Shown piece by piece: positions 37,873 to 48,493 of a stretch of DNA of 64,000 nt. The notes beneath the pieces are model-generated. The model did not search any database and was not told the origin of the DNA. It worked only from the letters and a program-made list of their open reading frames with translations. The translations under genes were made by a program, and so were the position numbers. The DNA is from Candidatus Saccharimonadota bacterium. GTDB taxonomy: Bacteria > Patescibacteriota > Saccharimonadia > Saccharimonadales > JACOTW01. The first letter of the stretch is position 1. Each line of letters begins with the position of its first letter. The stretch lies in the NCBI GenBank assembly GCA_016178135.1, contig JACOTW010000001.1:228-64227 (forward strand), given 5' to 3'.

Positions 37873-38976
37873 ATGCAGGAGTTAGTTTTTTCGCCGAGTG
37901 ATTTTGTTGCTGTTTTGAATCAGACGCTGGAATCTGCCTATCCCGGCGTTATGATTCAGGGGGAGTTGGCTAATTTTCGTGTGAGTAAAAATAAATGGGT
38001 GTATTTTGATCTCAAGGACGAATATTCTTCAGTTAAATTCTTTGGAACGATCTATCAATTAACGGGGCCACTGGAAGATGGACTTATGCTACAAGTCAGG
38101 GGAATACCACGGCTACATCAAGCCTATGGTTTTAGTATTAATGTGCAATCTATACGACCAGTAGGTGAGGGATCGTTACGCAAGGCTGCGGCGTTGCTGG
38201 AGGCTAAACTGACTGCGGAGGGCTTGTTTGAGTCTTATCGTAAGCGAGCGCTACCATATCCGCCGGAGTGCATCGGGCTTATTGCGTCCAGTGAGTCTGC
38301 TGCTTATCATGATTTTATCAAGATTTTAAATAGTCGGTGGGGTGGGGTGATGATAGAGCTTGCCGACGTACAGGTTCAAGGTGATGCTGCTATTGGGCAA
38401 ATTGTTCGGGCTATAGATTACTTTAATCAACATGCCAAAATGCCCGAAATTTTAGTAATAACCAGAGGTGGTGGCAGTACTGAAGATCTGGCAGTTTTTA
38501 GTACCGAACAAGTTACGCGAGCTATAGCCGGCAGTCGTGTTCCGACCATGGTTGCCATCGGCCATGAAGTAGATTTGAGTCTGGCTGAACTAGTGGCTGA
38601 TCGGCGCGCCAGTACACCCAGCAACGCTGCCGAACTACTTGTACCAGATAAAAAACATGAACGCCAGAGGGTTATTACGCAACAAAGAAGTCTAGATGAT
38701 TATCTATCCTACCTTATGAAAAATGCTCGCGAAGCCGTGAAAAATTATCAAAAAGAACTACAAGTTGGCTGGAAAGAATATATTACTAATGCAAAACGTA
38801 CACTTAGCTTGCATCGTCAGGTACTTGCGGTTTTAGACCCTGACACCGTGCTCAAGCGCGGTTATGCGATTGTTCGTAGTAGTAATGGTGTCGTACTACG
38901 CTCAATTAAGCAAGTAGAAGCCGGTGATACACTTAATGTAGTGATTAGCGATGGTAGTTTTGAAGCTAGAGTATGA
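37873..38976 (+). CDS. xseA: exodeoxyribonuclease VII large subunit
   Basis: YFDLKD, RGGGSTEDL, AIGHEVD, TPSNAAE, LKRGYAIV. Confidence 0.95.
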   Translation: MQELVFSPSDFVAVLNQTLESAYPGVMIQGELANFRVSKNKWVYFDLKDEYSSVKFFGTIYQLTGPLEDGLMLQVRGIPRLHQAYGFSINVQSIRPVGEGSLRKAAALLEAKLTAEGLFESYRKRALPYPPECIGLIASSESAAYHDFIKILNSRWGGVMIELADVQVQGDAAIGQIVRAIDYFNQHAKMPEILVITRGGGSTEDLAVFSTEQVTRAIAGSRVPTMVAIGHEVDLSLAELVADRRASTPSNAAELLVPDKKHERQRVITQQRSLDDYLSYLMKNAREAVKNYQKELQVGWKEYITNAKRTLSLHRQVLAVLDPDTVLKRGYAIVRSSNGVVLRSIKQVEAGDTLNVVISDGSFEARV

Positions 38977-39214
38977 CACGAGTTTAGCACTTTTCCATTG
39001 CCCCTTGGTCACACCTGAACGGCTGCAAACTTCTACTCCTCACTCAACATATAGCCCCCGCAAAACAAATTCCCGACTTTTCGAATCACCCTCTTTGGCC
39101 CAAAACCGCCTTTCCTCGTTCAACGTATCTAAGGATATGTCTCTCTCGGAAAAATCAGTTTTTGACTCAAAGATCATTGCTTCAAAAACCCACGAATTTG
39201 TTTTGCGGGGACTA
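38977..39214 (+). mobile_element. left half of family C followed by a family F element (39052-39214, 163 bp)
   Basis: CACGAGTTTAGCACTT; F TIR TAGCCCCCGCAAAACAAATTC...GAATTTGTTTTGCGGGGACTA with TA flanks. Confidence 0.88.
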
Positions 39215-39217
39215 TAA

Positions 39218-39397
39218 CGTTATCAGGAATTAAATAGCGAACTGGAGGATATTTTAGTAAAACTACAGTCTGACAGCTTGGATATAGATGAGGCCGTTAA
39301 GTTGCATGAGAGGGGTACGATTATTGTTAAAGAACTTGAGGCGTATCTGAAAAATGCCGAAAACAAGGTTGCCAAGATTAAAGCGAGCTTTGAGTAA
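39218..39397 (+). pseudogene. xseB: exodeoxyribonuclease VII small subunit lacking its start codon
   Basis: RYQELNSELEDILVKLQSDSLDIDEAVKLHERG..YLKNAENKV; in-frame TAA 39215-39217 immediately upstream. Confidence 0.85.
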
Positions 39398-39889
39398 GTG
39401 ACGCTTGTTTTGCTGGTATTGAGTTTTATTATTGTAACTTTTGGTTTCGTTATAGCATTTGGCGCACCATTTTTACCGACTCTTAAGCCTCAAATTGCGA
39501 TAGCGTTGGATCTTATCGATCTAAAGCCAGAACAGACACTACTAGAGCTCGGAAGTGGAGATGGGCGAGTTCTGGTTGCAGCAGCTGAACGTGGGCTCAA
39601 AGTAGTGGGCTATGAAATTAACCCGCTACTTGTCCTATATTCATGGCTTCGTACCCGTAAATATGGCAGGAACGTTAGGATTATATGGGGTAATTATTGG
39701 AATAAAAAATGGCCCCCAGTTGACGGTATATTTGTATTTTTATTAAATAGATATATGCCCAAACTGGATAAAAAAATTATTCAAGAATCTGATAATAATG
39801 TTAAGCTTGTGAGCTTTGCCTTTATAGTTCCAGGCCGAAAACCAGTCAAAATACGGCACGGTGTTTATTTATATATATACAATGATTGA
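39398..39889 (+). CDS. class I SAM-dependent methyltransferase with N-terminal TM
   Basis: GAPFLPT, LELGSGDGR, GYEINP. Confidence 0.88.
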   Translation: MTLVLLVLSFIIVTFGFVIAFGAPFLPTLKPQIAIALDLIDLKPEQTLLELGSGDGRVLVAAAERGLKVVGYEINPLLVLYSWLRTRKYGRNVRIIWGNYWNKKWPPVDGIFVFLLNRYMPKLDKKIIQESDNNVKLVSFAFIVPGRKPVKIRHGVYLYIYND

Positions 39890-39921
39890 AAAAAAACGAT
39901 AAATTAGCTACCATTAGCAGT

Positions 39922-40662
39922 ATGCAACCGAATAATCCACAATCGCCATACCCGCAAGGGCCACAGATGCCAGCGCCAAACTATCCAGGCTTCCAGCCCG
40001 TAGCAGCATCTCAACAGAAGCCTCATTCGCGCGTAATAGTGGCTATTCTTATTATTACTGTATTACTGCTGTTGATGGCCACTGGTTTTGGGCTTTGGGC
40101 ATTTTCCAGAAGTCTGGATTACAAAAATAACTCTGATAAAAAATCTGCCGTGGCAGTATCTAAAGCCGAAGATATACTGACAAAAAAGAAGGATGCTGAA
40201 TTTGCAGAAGCCGAGAAGCAGCCTTTTAAAACCTACATTAGCCCTTCTACGGCTGGAACAATCAATATAACTTATCCTCGTACATGGAGTGCTTTCGTAA
40301 CCGAATCAGACAAGAGTTCTACGCCGGTAGAAGGTTACTTCCATCCTAATTTTGTACCTGGTGTCCAGTCTGGAGTCTCATTTGCTTTGAGATTGCAGGT
40401 ACTAGATCAGAAGTATGACCAGGTTATGAAGCAGTTTGATAGTGCGGCAAAGACTGGCAAGGTCAAAATTGGGCCATTTCGAGCGGTTAAAGTGCAAGAA
40501 ATACTGGGTTCTCGGTTAGACGGTGAAATTGCCCAAAATCAGCAGGGAAGTATGATTGTCCTGCCTTTGCGAGATAAGACTATAAAAATTTTCACTGAAG
40601 CAGGAACATTTACTAACGACTTCAACAACACCGTGTTGCCCAGCCTAACATTCTCTCCGTAG
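39922..40662 (+). CDS. membrane-anchored protein, possibly PsbP-like fold
   Basis: P/Q-rich N-terminus, one TM, ITYPRTW..SLTF pattern. Confidence 0.65.
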   Translation: MQPNNPQSPYPQGPQMPAPNYPGFQPVAASQQKPHSRVIVAILIITVLLLLMATGFGLWAFSRSLDYKNNSDKKSAVAVSKAEDILTKKKDAEFAEAEKQPFKTYISPSTAGTINITYPRTWSAFVTESDKSSTPVEGYFHPNFVPGVQSGVSFALRLQVLDQKYDQVMKQFDSAAKTGKVKIGPFRAVKVQEILGSRLDGEIAQNQQGSMIVLPLRDKTIKIFTEAGTFTNDFNNTVLPSLTFSP

Positions 40663-40756
40663 CTCGTACATCGGAGTTGTCCAGTATACTCTGTTGTCTG
40701 CGAAAAAATGCCTAAATCCTGTACACTAATACTGGACTTACGTACAAGAGAGGGTA

Positions 40757-41482
40757 TTGAACGCCGTGGAAGTGCATCGGGAACAAATCGATAAACTATC
40801 TGAAAATACACGTCTTTTGAGGGCACTAGCTGAACAGTTAAAGATTCCTCTTCTTCAAATTGCCCGCCAGACTGAATTGCCAAAGACTACCGAATACATG
40901 TTACAAGATGTCAATGAACAGGCGAGTATGGCACTTAGACTACTTGATGGATATTTATTGAGTACGCAACAGATATCACGTGGCGATCTTGAGCTTCAAC
41001 CGACAACAGTTTCATCCGTGCTTTATGATGCGGCTCATAATCTGGCCGGAATCGCTAAACAGTATAGTTGTGATTTGGAATTAGAGACTCCATACAAACT
41101 TCAACCTGTTTTGGTTCATCGGGAAAGTTTTGAAGCGGCTATTTTGGCACTTGGCTATAGTTTTATAGAAGCACAAGCAACCCAAGATGATAATCAAAAA
41201 AAAGTTATTACACTTGCAGCTCACCGAAGTCGCTATGGTGTTGCTGCTGGTGTTTATGGCCGCCAGGAAGGTCTTAGTACTGATATGTATCGTCGCGCTC
41301 GTTCCTTGTATGGTCGCGCTCGACAGCCATTACCATCACTAACATCGACATCTGGTGCTGGAATATTTTTGGCTGATTCTTTACTGGAGGTCATGAATAC
41401 TCGTTTGCACGTCTCCCACCACCATAAACTGAATGGCTTGGCGGCTATATTATTGTCGAGTAGGCAACTGTCTCTGATATGA
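40757..41482 (+). CDS. degenerate histidine-kinase-like protein
   Basis: H-box-like ALAEQLKIPLLQI with no His; LLDGYLL; G2-like SGAGIFLA. Confidence 0.72.
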   Translation: MNAVEVHREQIDKLSENTRLLRALAEQLKIPLLQIARQTELPKTTEYMLQDVNEQASMALRLLDGYLLSTQQISRGDLELQPTTVSSVLYDAAHNLAGIAKQYSCDLELETPYKLQPVLVHRESFEAAILALGYSFIEAQATQDDNQKKVITLAAHRSRYGVAAGVYGRQEGLSTDMYRRARSLYGRARQPLPSLTSTSGAGIFLADSLLEVMNTRLHVSHHHKLNGLAAILLSSRQLSLI

Positions 41483-41871
41483 ATATTTTACTTATTGAAC
41501 CACATCAATTACTTGCCAGTACATATAAACAAGCTCTGGAAGGTGCCGATCACAGCGTGGCATGGTGCCAAAAGGCTCAAAAAGCACTTCATCTTGCCGA
41601 TAACCATGTACCTGATCTAGTGATCATGGAATTACAGCTTCAACAGCATAATGGGATCGCTTTTTTACATGAATTTCGTTCCTACGCTGAATGGCAAGCT
41701 ATTCCAGTGATTGTACATAGCTTGGTGCCATTTAATCATTATCGAGCTGATAAAAAAAATCTGGAGAGTTTAGGTATTGTTGCGTACCTCTATAAGCCAG
41801 TAACTTCTATTAAACGTTTACTGGATGCCGTTGATCAAATTTCTACCTCGGACTTACGCGCAGTTGCATGA
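41479..41871 (+). CDS. atypical receiver-domain protein
   Basis: ILLIEPH, PDLVIMELQL..NG (Asp to Glu), IPVIVHS, YLYKP. Confidence 0.85.
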   Translation: MNILLIEPHQLLASTYKQALEGADHSVAWCQKAQKALHLADNHVPDLVIMELQLQQHNGIAFLHEFRSYAEWQAIPVIVHSLVPFNHYRADKKNLESLGIVAYLYKPVTSIKRLLDAVDQISTSDLRAVA

Positions 41872-42563
41872 AGTCTCAAATTATTACTACGGGTATAATG
41901 TTGGCTAGAACTGATTTTCAGGAGGCTGATCGGATTATTACGGTACTTACGTCAGATCATGGAAAAATCAGGGCTATCGCCAAAGGTGTTCGCCGCCCAA
42001 AATCTAGGTTGGCTGGTGGCATTGAGCTTTTTAGTGTTAGTAATCTGACCTTTTTGCCTGGTCGCGGTGAAATGCAGACTTTGATTTCCAGTCGGCTAGG
42101 CATCCATTACGGCAACATAGTTAATGATATCAATAAAACCATGTTGGGGTACGAACTACTGAAGATCATGAATCGGCTTACTGAAGATGCAGCCGGTGGG
42201 GAATACTTTTACCTGTTGCAAACCGCTTTAGATGGGTTGAACAACCAAGAACTTTTGGCGGGCACGCTAGAGCTTTGGTTTGATATGCATTTATTGAAGA
42301 TTACTGGCCACGCTCCAAATTTACAGACAGACAAAGAGGGAAATAAACTCAAAGATAATCAACGATACGTCTTTAGTTTTGACGATATGCTATTTGTACC
42401 GATTCAAAATGGACTCCATGACACCAGCGTAATTAAGTTGTTACGGTTAGCTTATGCCGCCAAAGAGCCCAGTTTGCTTGCCAGGGTTAACGGAGTAGAG
42501 GCATTACTGCCAAAATGCCAACAGCTTACAAAGACTATGCTGAACCGCTTTGTTCGGATATAA
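41868..42563 (+). CDS. recO: DNA repair protein RecO
   Basis: EADRIIT.LT..HGK..AIAKGVRRPKSRL. Confidence 0.93.
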   Translation: MKSQIITTGIMLARTDFQEADRIITVLTSDHGKIRAIAKGVRRPKSRLAGGIELFSVSNLTFLPGRGEMQTLISSRLGIHYGNIVNDINKTMLGYELLKIMNRLTEDAAGGEYFYLLQTALDGLNNQELLAGTLELWFDMHLLKITGHAPNLQTDKEGNKLKDNQRYVFSFDDMLFVPIQNGLHDTSVIKLLRLAYAAKEPSLLARVNGVEALLPKCQQLTKTMLNRFVRI

Positions 42564-42574
42564 TCACATCCAAT

Positions 42575-43915
42575 ATGAGTAAAAAAGTAAAGATGGAAGA
42601 TATTGTCAGCCTTTGCAAGCGGCGTGGATTTATTTATCAGGGTTCGGAAATTTATGGTGGGCTGGCGGGGACGTGGGATTATGGTCCTCTGGGTGTTGCG
42701 CTAAAGCGTAATATTATGAATTTGTGGTGGAAGATGTTCGTAGAAGACCGCGACGATATGTATGGAGTAGATGCGGCGATTTTAATGAACCAAAAAGTCT
42801 GGCAGGCCAGTGGTCATGTCGATACCTTTACTGACCCATTGGTGGAATGTAGTAATTGCCACGAAAGATTTAGGCATGATCAAGTTCCGGATATTATGGA
42901 ACGAGGTTTGCAGGATGCCCAAACTAGATGCCCAAACTGTGGTAAGCCTGGAGTTCTGTCGGAACCCCGTCAGTTTAATATGATGTTTAAGACCAATATT
43001 GGGCCGGTGACAGATGATTCATCCACGAGCTATTTACGGCCGGAGACAGCACAGGGGATTTTTACTAATTTTAAGAACGTGGTGGATAGTTTTTATCCGG
43101 ATATACCGTTTGGTGTGGCACAAATGGGCAAGGCGTTTAGGAACGAGATAAGTCCGCGTGATTTTGTGTTCCGTAGTCGTGAGTTTGAGCAAATGGAGAT
43201 TGAATATTTTGTTGCGCCAGATAAGTGGGAAGTTGCTTTTGATAAATGGGTGAAAGATATTCAGGTGTTTTTGGAAGCGGTGGGGGTACCAAAAGAAAAT
43301 GTACATCAAGTAGAAGTTCCACCAGCTGATCGTGCTCACTACAGCAAACGTACCGTTGATTTTGAGTTTGATTTTCCGCACAAACGCGACGAGTTGTTGG
43401 GGCTGGCATACCGCACGGATTTTGATCTTCAAAACATCCAGCGGGTAAGTGGCAGGAGTATGGAATATCGTCCAAAAGAGGGCGGAGATGCGTTCATACC
43501 GCATGTCATAGAGCCGTCCTTTGGGGTGGAGCGTGCCATCATGGCAGTACTGGTAAGTGCCTTTACAGAAGACGAGGTAAACGGCGAAAAGCGTGTTTAT
43601 TTGAAACTCCCTGCACATTTAGCCCCAGTCAAAGTGGCTGTTAGCCCATTGCTCAAAAACAAGCCGGAATTGGTAGAGAAGGCTAGAGAAGTGTATGGCA
43701 TGCTGAAGAAAGAACTTGGCAACGTCATGTGGGATGACAACGGCAACATTGGCAAACGCTATCGTCGTCAAGACGAAATTGGTACCCCATACTGCGTTGT
43801 TATAGATTTCCAAACTCTAGAAGACAACACCGTAACAGTCAGAAACCGAGACACCACCAAACAAGATCGTGTTCCCTCCGAAGAGTTAATCGATAAACTT
43901 GGCTATAGGCATTAA
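42575..43915 (+). CDS. glyQS: glycine--tRNA ligase (alpha2 type)
   Basis: KRRGF, YLRPETAQG, FRNEISP, EPSFG, IGKRYRRQDEIGTP. Confidence 0.97.
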   Translation: MSKKVKMEDIVSLCKRRGFIYQGSEIYGGLAGTWDYGPLGVALKRNIMNLWWKMFVEDRDDMYGVDAAILMNQKVWQASGHVDTFTDPLVECSNCHERFRHDQVPDIMERGLQDAQTRCPNCGKPGVLSEPRQFNMMFKTNIGPVTDDSSTSYLRPETAQGIFTNFKNVVDSFYPDIPFGVAQMGKAFRNEISPRDFVFRSREFEQMEIEYFVAPDKWEVAFDKWVKDIQVFLEAVGVPKENVHQVEVPPADRAHYSKRTVDFEFDFPHKRDELLGLAYRTDFDLQNIQRVSGRSMEYRPKEGGDAFIPHVIEPSFGVERAIMAVLVSAFTEDEVNGEKRVYLKLPAHLAPVKVAVSPLLKNKPELVEKAREVYGMLKKELGNVMWDDNGNIGKRYRRQDEIGTPYCVVIDFQTLEDNTVTVRNRDTTKQDRVPSEELIDKLGYRH

Positions 43916-44028
43916 ACTGGACCCCTTGCAAAATAACTCCGTAACCCACCCAGCAGGTGCCCTTTTTGCCTCAAACCGAGCCAAAGCCTTCGCCCCGTAA
44001 CAGATGTTATGCTACGATCGGCAAGAAT

Positions 44029-44598
44029 CTATTTTGATCTGGGTGATGAGCTTTTGGGTCGACTATGATTACGATACGTTAATTCGCCCCGATGTTGATC
44101 CAGCCTTTCGATATATTTTTCAAATCTATTAAACAGGTTGGAATAGTGTCCGCTTGGTGCCAGTAGCTTCAGAAGTTTGCCTTTTTCTTCCAGATACTCA
44201 ACAAGGGTATAGAAATCGCCATCGCCCGAAATAATAACGGCTTTATCATAATTTGGAAGCTCTTTCATTGCCCACAAAACCAAATCAGCATCAATGTTGC
44301 CTTTTACTGGTTTTTTGTCTTCATCAGGGTTATTTACATCTTTGGTTTCTGGTTGCGGTTTGGTGATATCGAAAGTTGGCTTCAATACCACGGCATAGCC
44401 AGCCTCATTAAGTTGTCTGTACATATCTTCAAACTCCGGTACGTAACCGATGAACATGAACGCCTTGGTAACCCCATATTTATCGGCCAGAAATTCCCGA
44501 AATTTTTTCCAGTCCATCTTCCAGCCAAGTTTTCGCGTACTGATATTCAGATTTTGACTGTCAATGAACGCGTAAATTTTTCTATCACTAATATTCAT
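44029..44598 (-). CDS. NYN (LabA/DUF88) domain protein
   Basis: FIDSQNL, KGNIDADLV, ISGDGDF. Confidence 0.9.
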   Translation of the reverse strand: MNISDRKIYAFIDSQNLNISTRKLGWKMDWKKFREFLADKYGVTKAFMFIGYVPEFEDMYRQLNEAGYAVVLKPTFDITKPQPETKDVNNPDEDKKPVKGNIDADLVLWAMKELPNYDKAVIISGDGDFYTLVEYLEEKGKLLKLLAPSGHYSNLFNRFEKYIERLDQHRGELTYRNHSRPKSSSPRSK

Positions 44599-44635
44599 AC
44601 ACAACAATCATAGCATTATTTCTTTGTGGAATAGA

Positions 44636-44794
44636 CTCGACCTACCCAAAACTCCTCCATCCCCAGATCGAATTCTATCGGCTACAAACAGTTTTTCTTC
44701 TCTCGATGTAGCTAAGGCTACCTCTCCTTCAGACAAAACAGTTTTCGCTCGAGATAATTCACTCTGGGAACGGACGATTTTGCGACAGGTCCAG
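44636..44794 (+). mobile_element. family A element abutting the typA stop codon
   Basis: CTCGACCTACCCAAAA...TTTTGCGACAGGTCCAG; right flank TTTA includes the typA TAA. Confidence 0.92.
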
Positions 44795-44795
44795 T

Positions 44796-46622
44796 TTATT
44801 TGACGCGTTTGCGTTTATTGGGGTCGAGTTCTTTTTTACGTAGCCGTAGAGATTTTGGGGTCACTTCAAGTAACTCGTCATTTTCTATAAAATCCAGACA
44901 TTCTTCAAGGCTAAAAATAGTTGGCGGTGTTAGCTGAACCACGCCGTCAGATGATGAACTACGCATATTAGTCAAGTGTTTGGCCTTGCAGACGTTTATT
45001 TCCATATCTTCCTGACGCTTATTGAGCCCAATTATTTGTCCAGCATAAACTTTTATAGCTGGTCCTACAAATACATTGCCCCGATCTTCGGCGGTCTGTA
45101 GGGAGTAGGGAGTTGTTATGCCAGTTTCAAAAGCAATCAAAACCCCATTTCGCAATTGCCCCAACGGTGGTGCTAATGGGTGCGACCCAATAGCAAGGCT
45201 GTTCATGATTATGGTGCCTTTGGTGTTGGTTAGTAAAATGTTGCGCAATCCCAAAAGGGCTCGGGTAGGTAGTTCGTAAACGAGTTTAGTAACTCCTTTG
45301 GGGCTGGCGAATTGTTCCTTTAGAGTTGCACGGCGCATCCCAAGTTCCATCTGAACAGTCCCGACGTGTTCAGCGGGTACTTCTATAATTAGTTCTTCCA
45401 ACGGTTCCATCGTAATGCCGTTTTCCTGGTGTGTTACTACCTGCGGTCGGCCAACTTCAAATTCAAAACCTTCACGGCGCATGGTTTCTATTAGTACGCT
45501 CAAATGTAGTTCTCCTCGACCAGAAACCAAAAAGCCAATACCATCTTCTTCTACCCGCAATCCAACATTTGTTTCCAGCTCTTTTTGTAAACGTTCGCTA
45601 ATCTGGCGGCTGGTTGTAAACTCGCCCTCTGTGCCCTTGAAGGGGCTGGTGTTGGGGCCGAGATAGATTTTAAGAGTGGGGGCTTCTACCTCTAATACTG
45701 GTAACGCCTCTGGACTTGTCGCATCGGCAACAGTATCGCCAATTTGCGCTTCAGTGATCCCCGTAAGTTGCACAATATCTCCGGCGACTCCACCTGGAAC
45801 TTCGAATTTACTTAGCCCATGACTCATGTAGACATTGTCAACCCTAACCTTAACCATTGTGTTGTCTTTTTTGCACAGCGTAACTTGATCTCCAGGCTTA
45901 ACTTGACCGCGTGTTATGCGCCCGATGGCATATTTGCCTCTAAAACTGTCCCATGCCAGAGCCGTAACTAACATTTGAAATGGTTTGTTAGATTCAATTT
46001 GCGGTGCTGGGATATGACTGATAATAGCATCAAAAATAACTTCTAAATTTGCATCTTCATCTGGATTGACGGGTGGTGTTACCCAGGCTTTACCGCTACG
46101 ACCAACAGCATAATAAACAGGGTAGTGTAGTTGATCTTCATGGACTGCCAGCTCTAGGAATAAATCTGCCAATTCGTCTTCTACTTCCTTGATACGGGCA
46201 GCAGACTTGTCTATTTTATTGATAATAACGATTGGTTTGAGCTCGCTAGCCAACGCTTTGCTAAGCACGAATTTGGTTTGTGGCATAGGACCTTCCTGGG
46301 CATCAACAATCAAAATACAGCCATCAGCCATATTGAGTGTACGTTCTACCTCGCCAGAAAAGTCAGCATGACCAGGCGTATCAATGATATTTATTCGGTA
46401 ATCGTTGTGTTGCACGGCCGTAACTTTGGCGGTGATAGTTATGCCTCGTTCACGTTCCTGATCACCACTATCCATTATAAGTTCCTGGCTCATCTCGGCT
46501 TGATTATCACGGAAGGTTTGCGATTGCTTAAGTAGGCCATCTACCAGCGTTGTTTTGCCATGGTCAACGTGGGCAATGATAGCAATATTTCGGATTTTGG
46601 TGGGGTCTTGTGTTTGGGTCAT
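44796..46622 (-). CDS. typA: translational GTPase TypA/BipA
   Basis: AHVDHGKTT, DTPGHADF, GRGELHL, EVTPKSLRLRK. Confidence 0.97.
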   Translation of the reverse strand: MTQTQDPTKIRNIAIIAHVDHGKTTLVDGLLKQSQTFRDNQAEMSQELIMDSGDQERERGITITAKVTAVQHNDYRINIIDTPGHADFSGEVERTLNMADGCILIVDAQEGPMPQTKFVLSKALASELKPIVIINKIDKSAARIKEVEDELADLFLELAVHEDQLHYPVYYAVGRSGKAWVTPPVNPDEDANLEVIFDAIISHIPAPQIESNKPFQMLVTALAWDSFRGKYAIGRITRGQVKPGDQVTLCKKDNTMVKVRVDNVYMSHGLSKFEVPGGVAGDIVQLTGITEAQIGDTVADATSPEALPVLEVEAPTLKIYLGPNTSPFKGTEGEFTTSRQISERLQKELETNVGLRVEEDGIGFLVSGRGELHLSVLIETMRREGFEFEVGRPQVVTHQENGITMEPLEELIIEVPAEHVGTVQMELGMRRATLKEQFASPKGVTKLVYELPTRALLGLRNILLTNTKGTIIMNSLAIGSHPLAPPLGQLRNGVLIAFETGITTPYSLQTAEDRGNVFVGPAIKVYAGQIIGLNKRQEDMEINVCKAKHLTNMRSSSSDGVVQLTPPTIFSLEECLDFIENDELLEVTPKSLRLRKKELDPNKRKRVK

Positions 46623-46719
46623 AAAAATTCAAAAAGCGCTCTATATGCGAGCGCCCTCACATTCACGTAACATTATAACATAAGCGTCAAATATCCTCAA
46701 ACAGTTTCACGAATATGGG

Positions 46720-46901
46720 GGCTATAGCTGTGGCTACATCGAGGACAGAAAAACTGTTTGCAGCCCCGCATATGCGGGATGAACTGGGGTGATGAAAAAG
46801 TCCGAAACTCGTGTTAAAGATCATCGGCTCCAAAACCCCCGAATTTGTTTTGCGGTGGCTATAATTCACTCTGGGAACGGGCGATTTTGCGATAGGTCCA
46901 G
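46720..46901. mobile_element. mosaic of A centre (reverse), C right end, F right end and A right end
   Basis: GCTACATCGAG..AAAACTGTTTGCAGCC; AAGTCCGAAACTCGTG; GAATTTGTTTTGCGGTGGCTA; TTTTGCGATAGGTCCAG. Confidence 0.75.
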
Positions 46902-46958
46902 TAAAGATTTTTAGGGTGAAGGGTGTATTATAAAACGGTTATGAGCTTTTTCATTTTA

Positions 46959-47153
46959 CTGGACTTACGCAAAGCTCCTCCATCCCCAGATCGAATTCTA
47001 TCGGCTACAAACAGTTTTTCTTCTCTCAATGTAGCTACTGCTACCTCGCCTTCAGATAAAACAGTTTTCGCTCGAAATAATTCACTCTGGGAACGGACGA
47101 TTTTGCGTAAGTCCAGTTTAGCCTGGGGACGGGCGATTTTGCGACAGGTCCAG
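46959..47153 (+). mobile_element. family A element (46959-47116) followed by the right arm of a host A copy
   Basis: TTTA duplicated; same junction as 62101-62295. Confidence 0.9.
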
Positions 47154-47179
47154 TTTAGTATGTTTACGGGCGGTTTAAG

Positions 47180-48472
47180 ATGAATTTTGATCACTCGATT
47201 TTTCCAAAAGATTTTATGTGGGGCGCTAGTGTATCTGCTCATCAAATTGAGGGAGGCAATGTCAATAATTGGACAGAATGGGAATTGTCGCATGCTAGCG
47301 AATTAGCCAAAGCGGCCGCGAATCGAAACGGCCGAACCCTTACTGGCGATGAAATTCCAAACTGGAAAGAGGTCAAGAATGATGCCACCGACCCCAGTAA
47401 CTATGTTTCAGGCAAGGGTGTAGATCACTACAACAGATACAAGGAAGACTTTAAACTTCTACACCAATTACGGCTTAATTCTTTTCGATTTGGTATTGAA
47501 TGGGCCAGAATTGAGCCAGAGGAGGGCAAGTGGGATGAGTTGGCTATAGAGCATTATCGCGATTATATAGCCGAACTTAACAAATTAGGCATTGAGCCAA
47601 TCCTGAACATTTGGCACTACACAATGCCAACTTGGTTTGCTCAAAAAGGTGGTCTTGTGAGGCATGGCAATTTGCGTTATTGGAGACGTTATGTCCAAAA
47701 AATCGCCGAAGAATTCGGCAAAAACATCAAGTATATCATCACCATTAATGAGCCTAATGTCTACGCTTCATTTTCATATATATTGGGTTTATGGCCACCT
47801 CAAGAAAAAAAACCTGTCCAGGCGGCACGAGTTGTCTACAACCAAATATCGGCTCACAAACAGGCTTACCGCATCCTTAAGCGTGGCAACCCGCAGCTAC
47901 AAATTGGCATAGCGAGCCAGTTAGCTAATATACAGGCCAAGCGCCCACATAATATATTTGATGGATTTTCTACTAAAATTATGCGTTATGTTTGGAATTG
48001 GTTTTTTTTCAAGCGTATTCGTAAATATCAGGATTTTGTTGGGTTCAATTACTATTTTAGTGATTACTACACCGGTATTATGAAGCGTGATAATCCTAAA
48101 GTGCCATATAGCGATGTTGGTTGGTATATGGAGCCGGAAGGTTTGTACCCACTGTTAATCAGGGCGTGGGCACGTTACAAAAAACCAATTATCATAACCG
48201 AAAGTGGTGTGGCCGACAGAGAAGATAAATATCGGCGTTGGTGGCTAGAGGAATGTATTGTGGCTATGGAGCGGGCAATTAGCGAAGGTGTAGATTTACG
48301 CGGATTTCTTTACTGGAGTTTATTGGATAATTTTGAGTGGGCTGAAGGTTGGTGGCCTAAATTTGGGCTGGTGGCCGTTGATCGGGACGATGACATGAAG
48401 CGCACCATCCGTTCTAGTGCCAGGTGGTTTGCTGGAAAAATAAAATCATTCCAGTATATTGACAAACCATAA
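47180..48472 (+). CDS. glycoside hydrolase family 1
   Basis: FMWGA..AHQIEG, TINEP, ITESG, YWSLLDNFEW. Confidence 0.95.
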   Translation: MNFDHSIFPKDFMWGASVSAHQIEGGNVNNWTEWELSHASELAKAAANRNGRTLTGDEIPNWKEVKNDATDPSNYVSGKGVDHYNRYKEDFKLLHQLRLNSFRFGIEWARIEPEEGKWDELAIEHYRDYIAELNKLGIEPILNIWHYTMPTWFAQKGGLVRHGNLRYWRRYVQKIAEEFGKNIKYIITINEPNVYASFSYILGLWPPQEKKPVQAARVVYNQISAHKQAYRILKRGNPQLQIGIASQLANIQAKRPHNIFDGFSTKIMRYVWNWFFFKRIRKYQDFVGFNYYFSDYYTGIMKRDNPKVPYSDVGWYMEPEGLYPLLIRAWARYKKPIIITESGVADREDKYRRWWLEECIVAMERAISEGVDLRGFLYWSLLDNFEWAEGWWPKFGLVAVDRDDDMKRTIRSSARWFAGKIKSFQYIDKP

Positions 48473-48493
48473 ACAATTTAGTATAATACAAAC

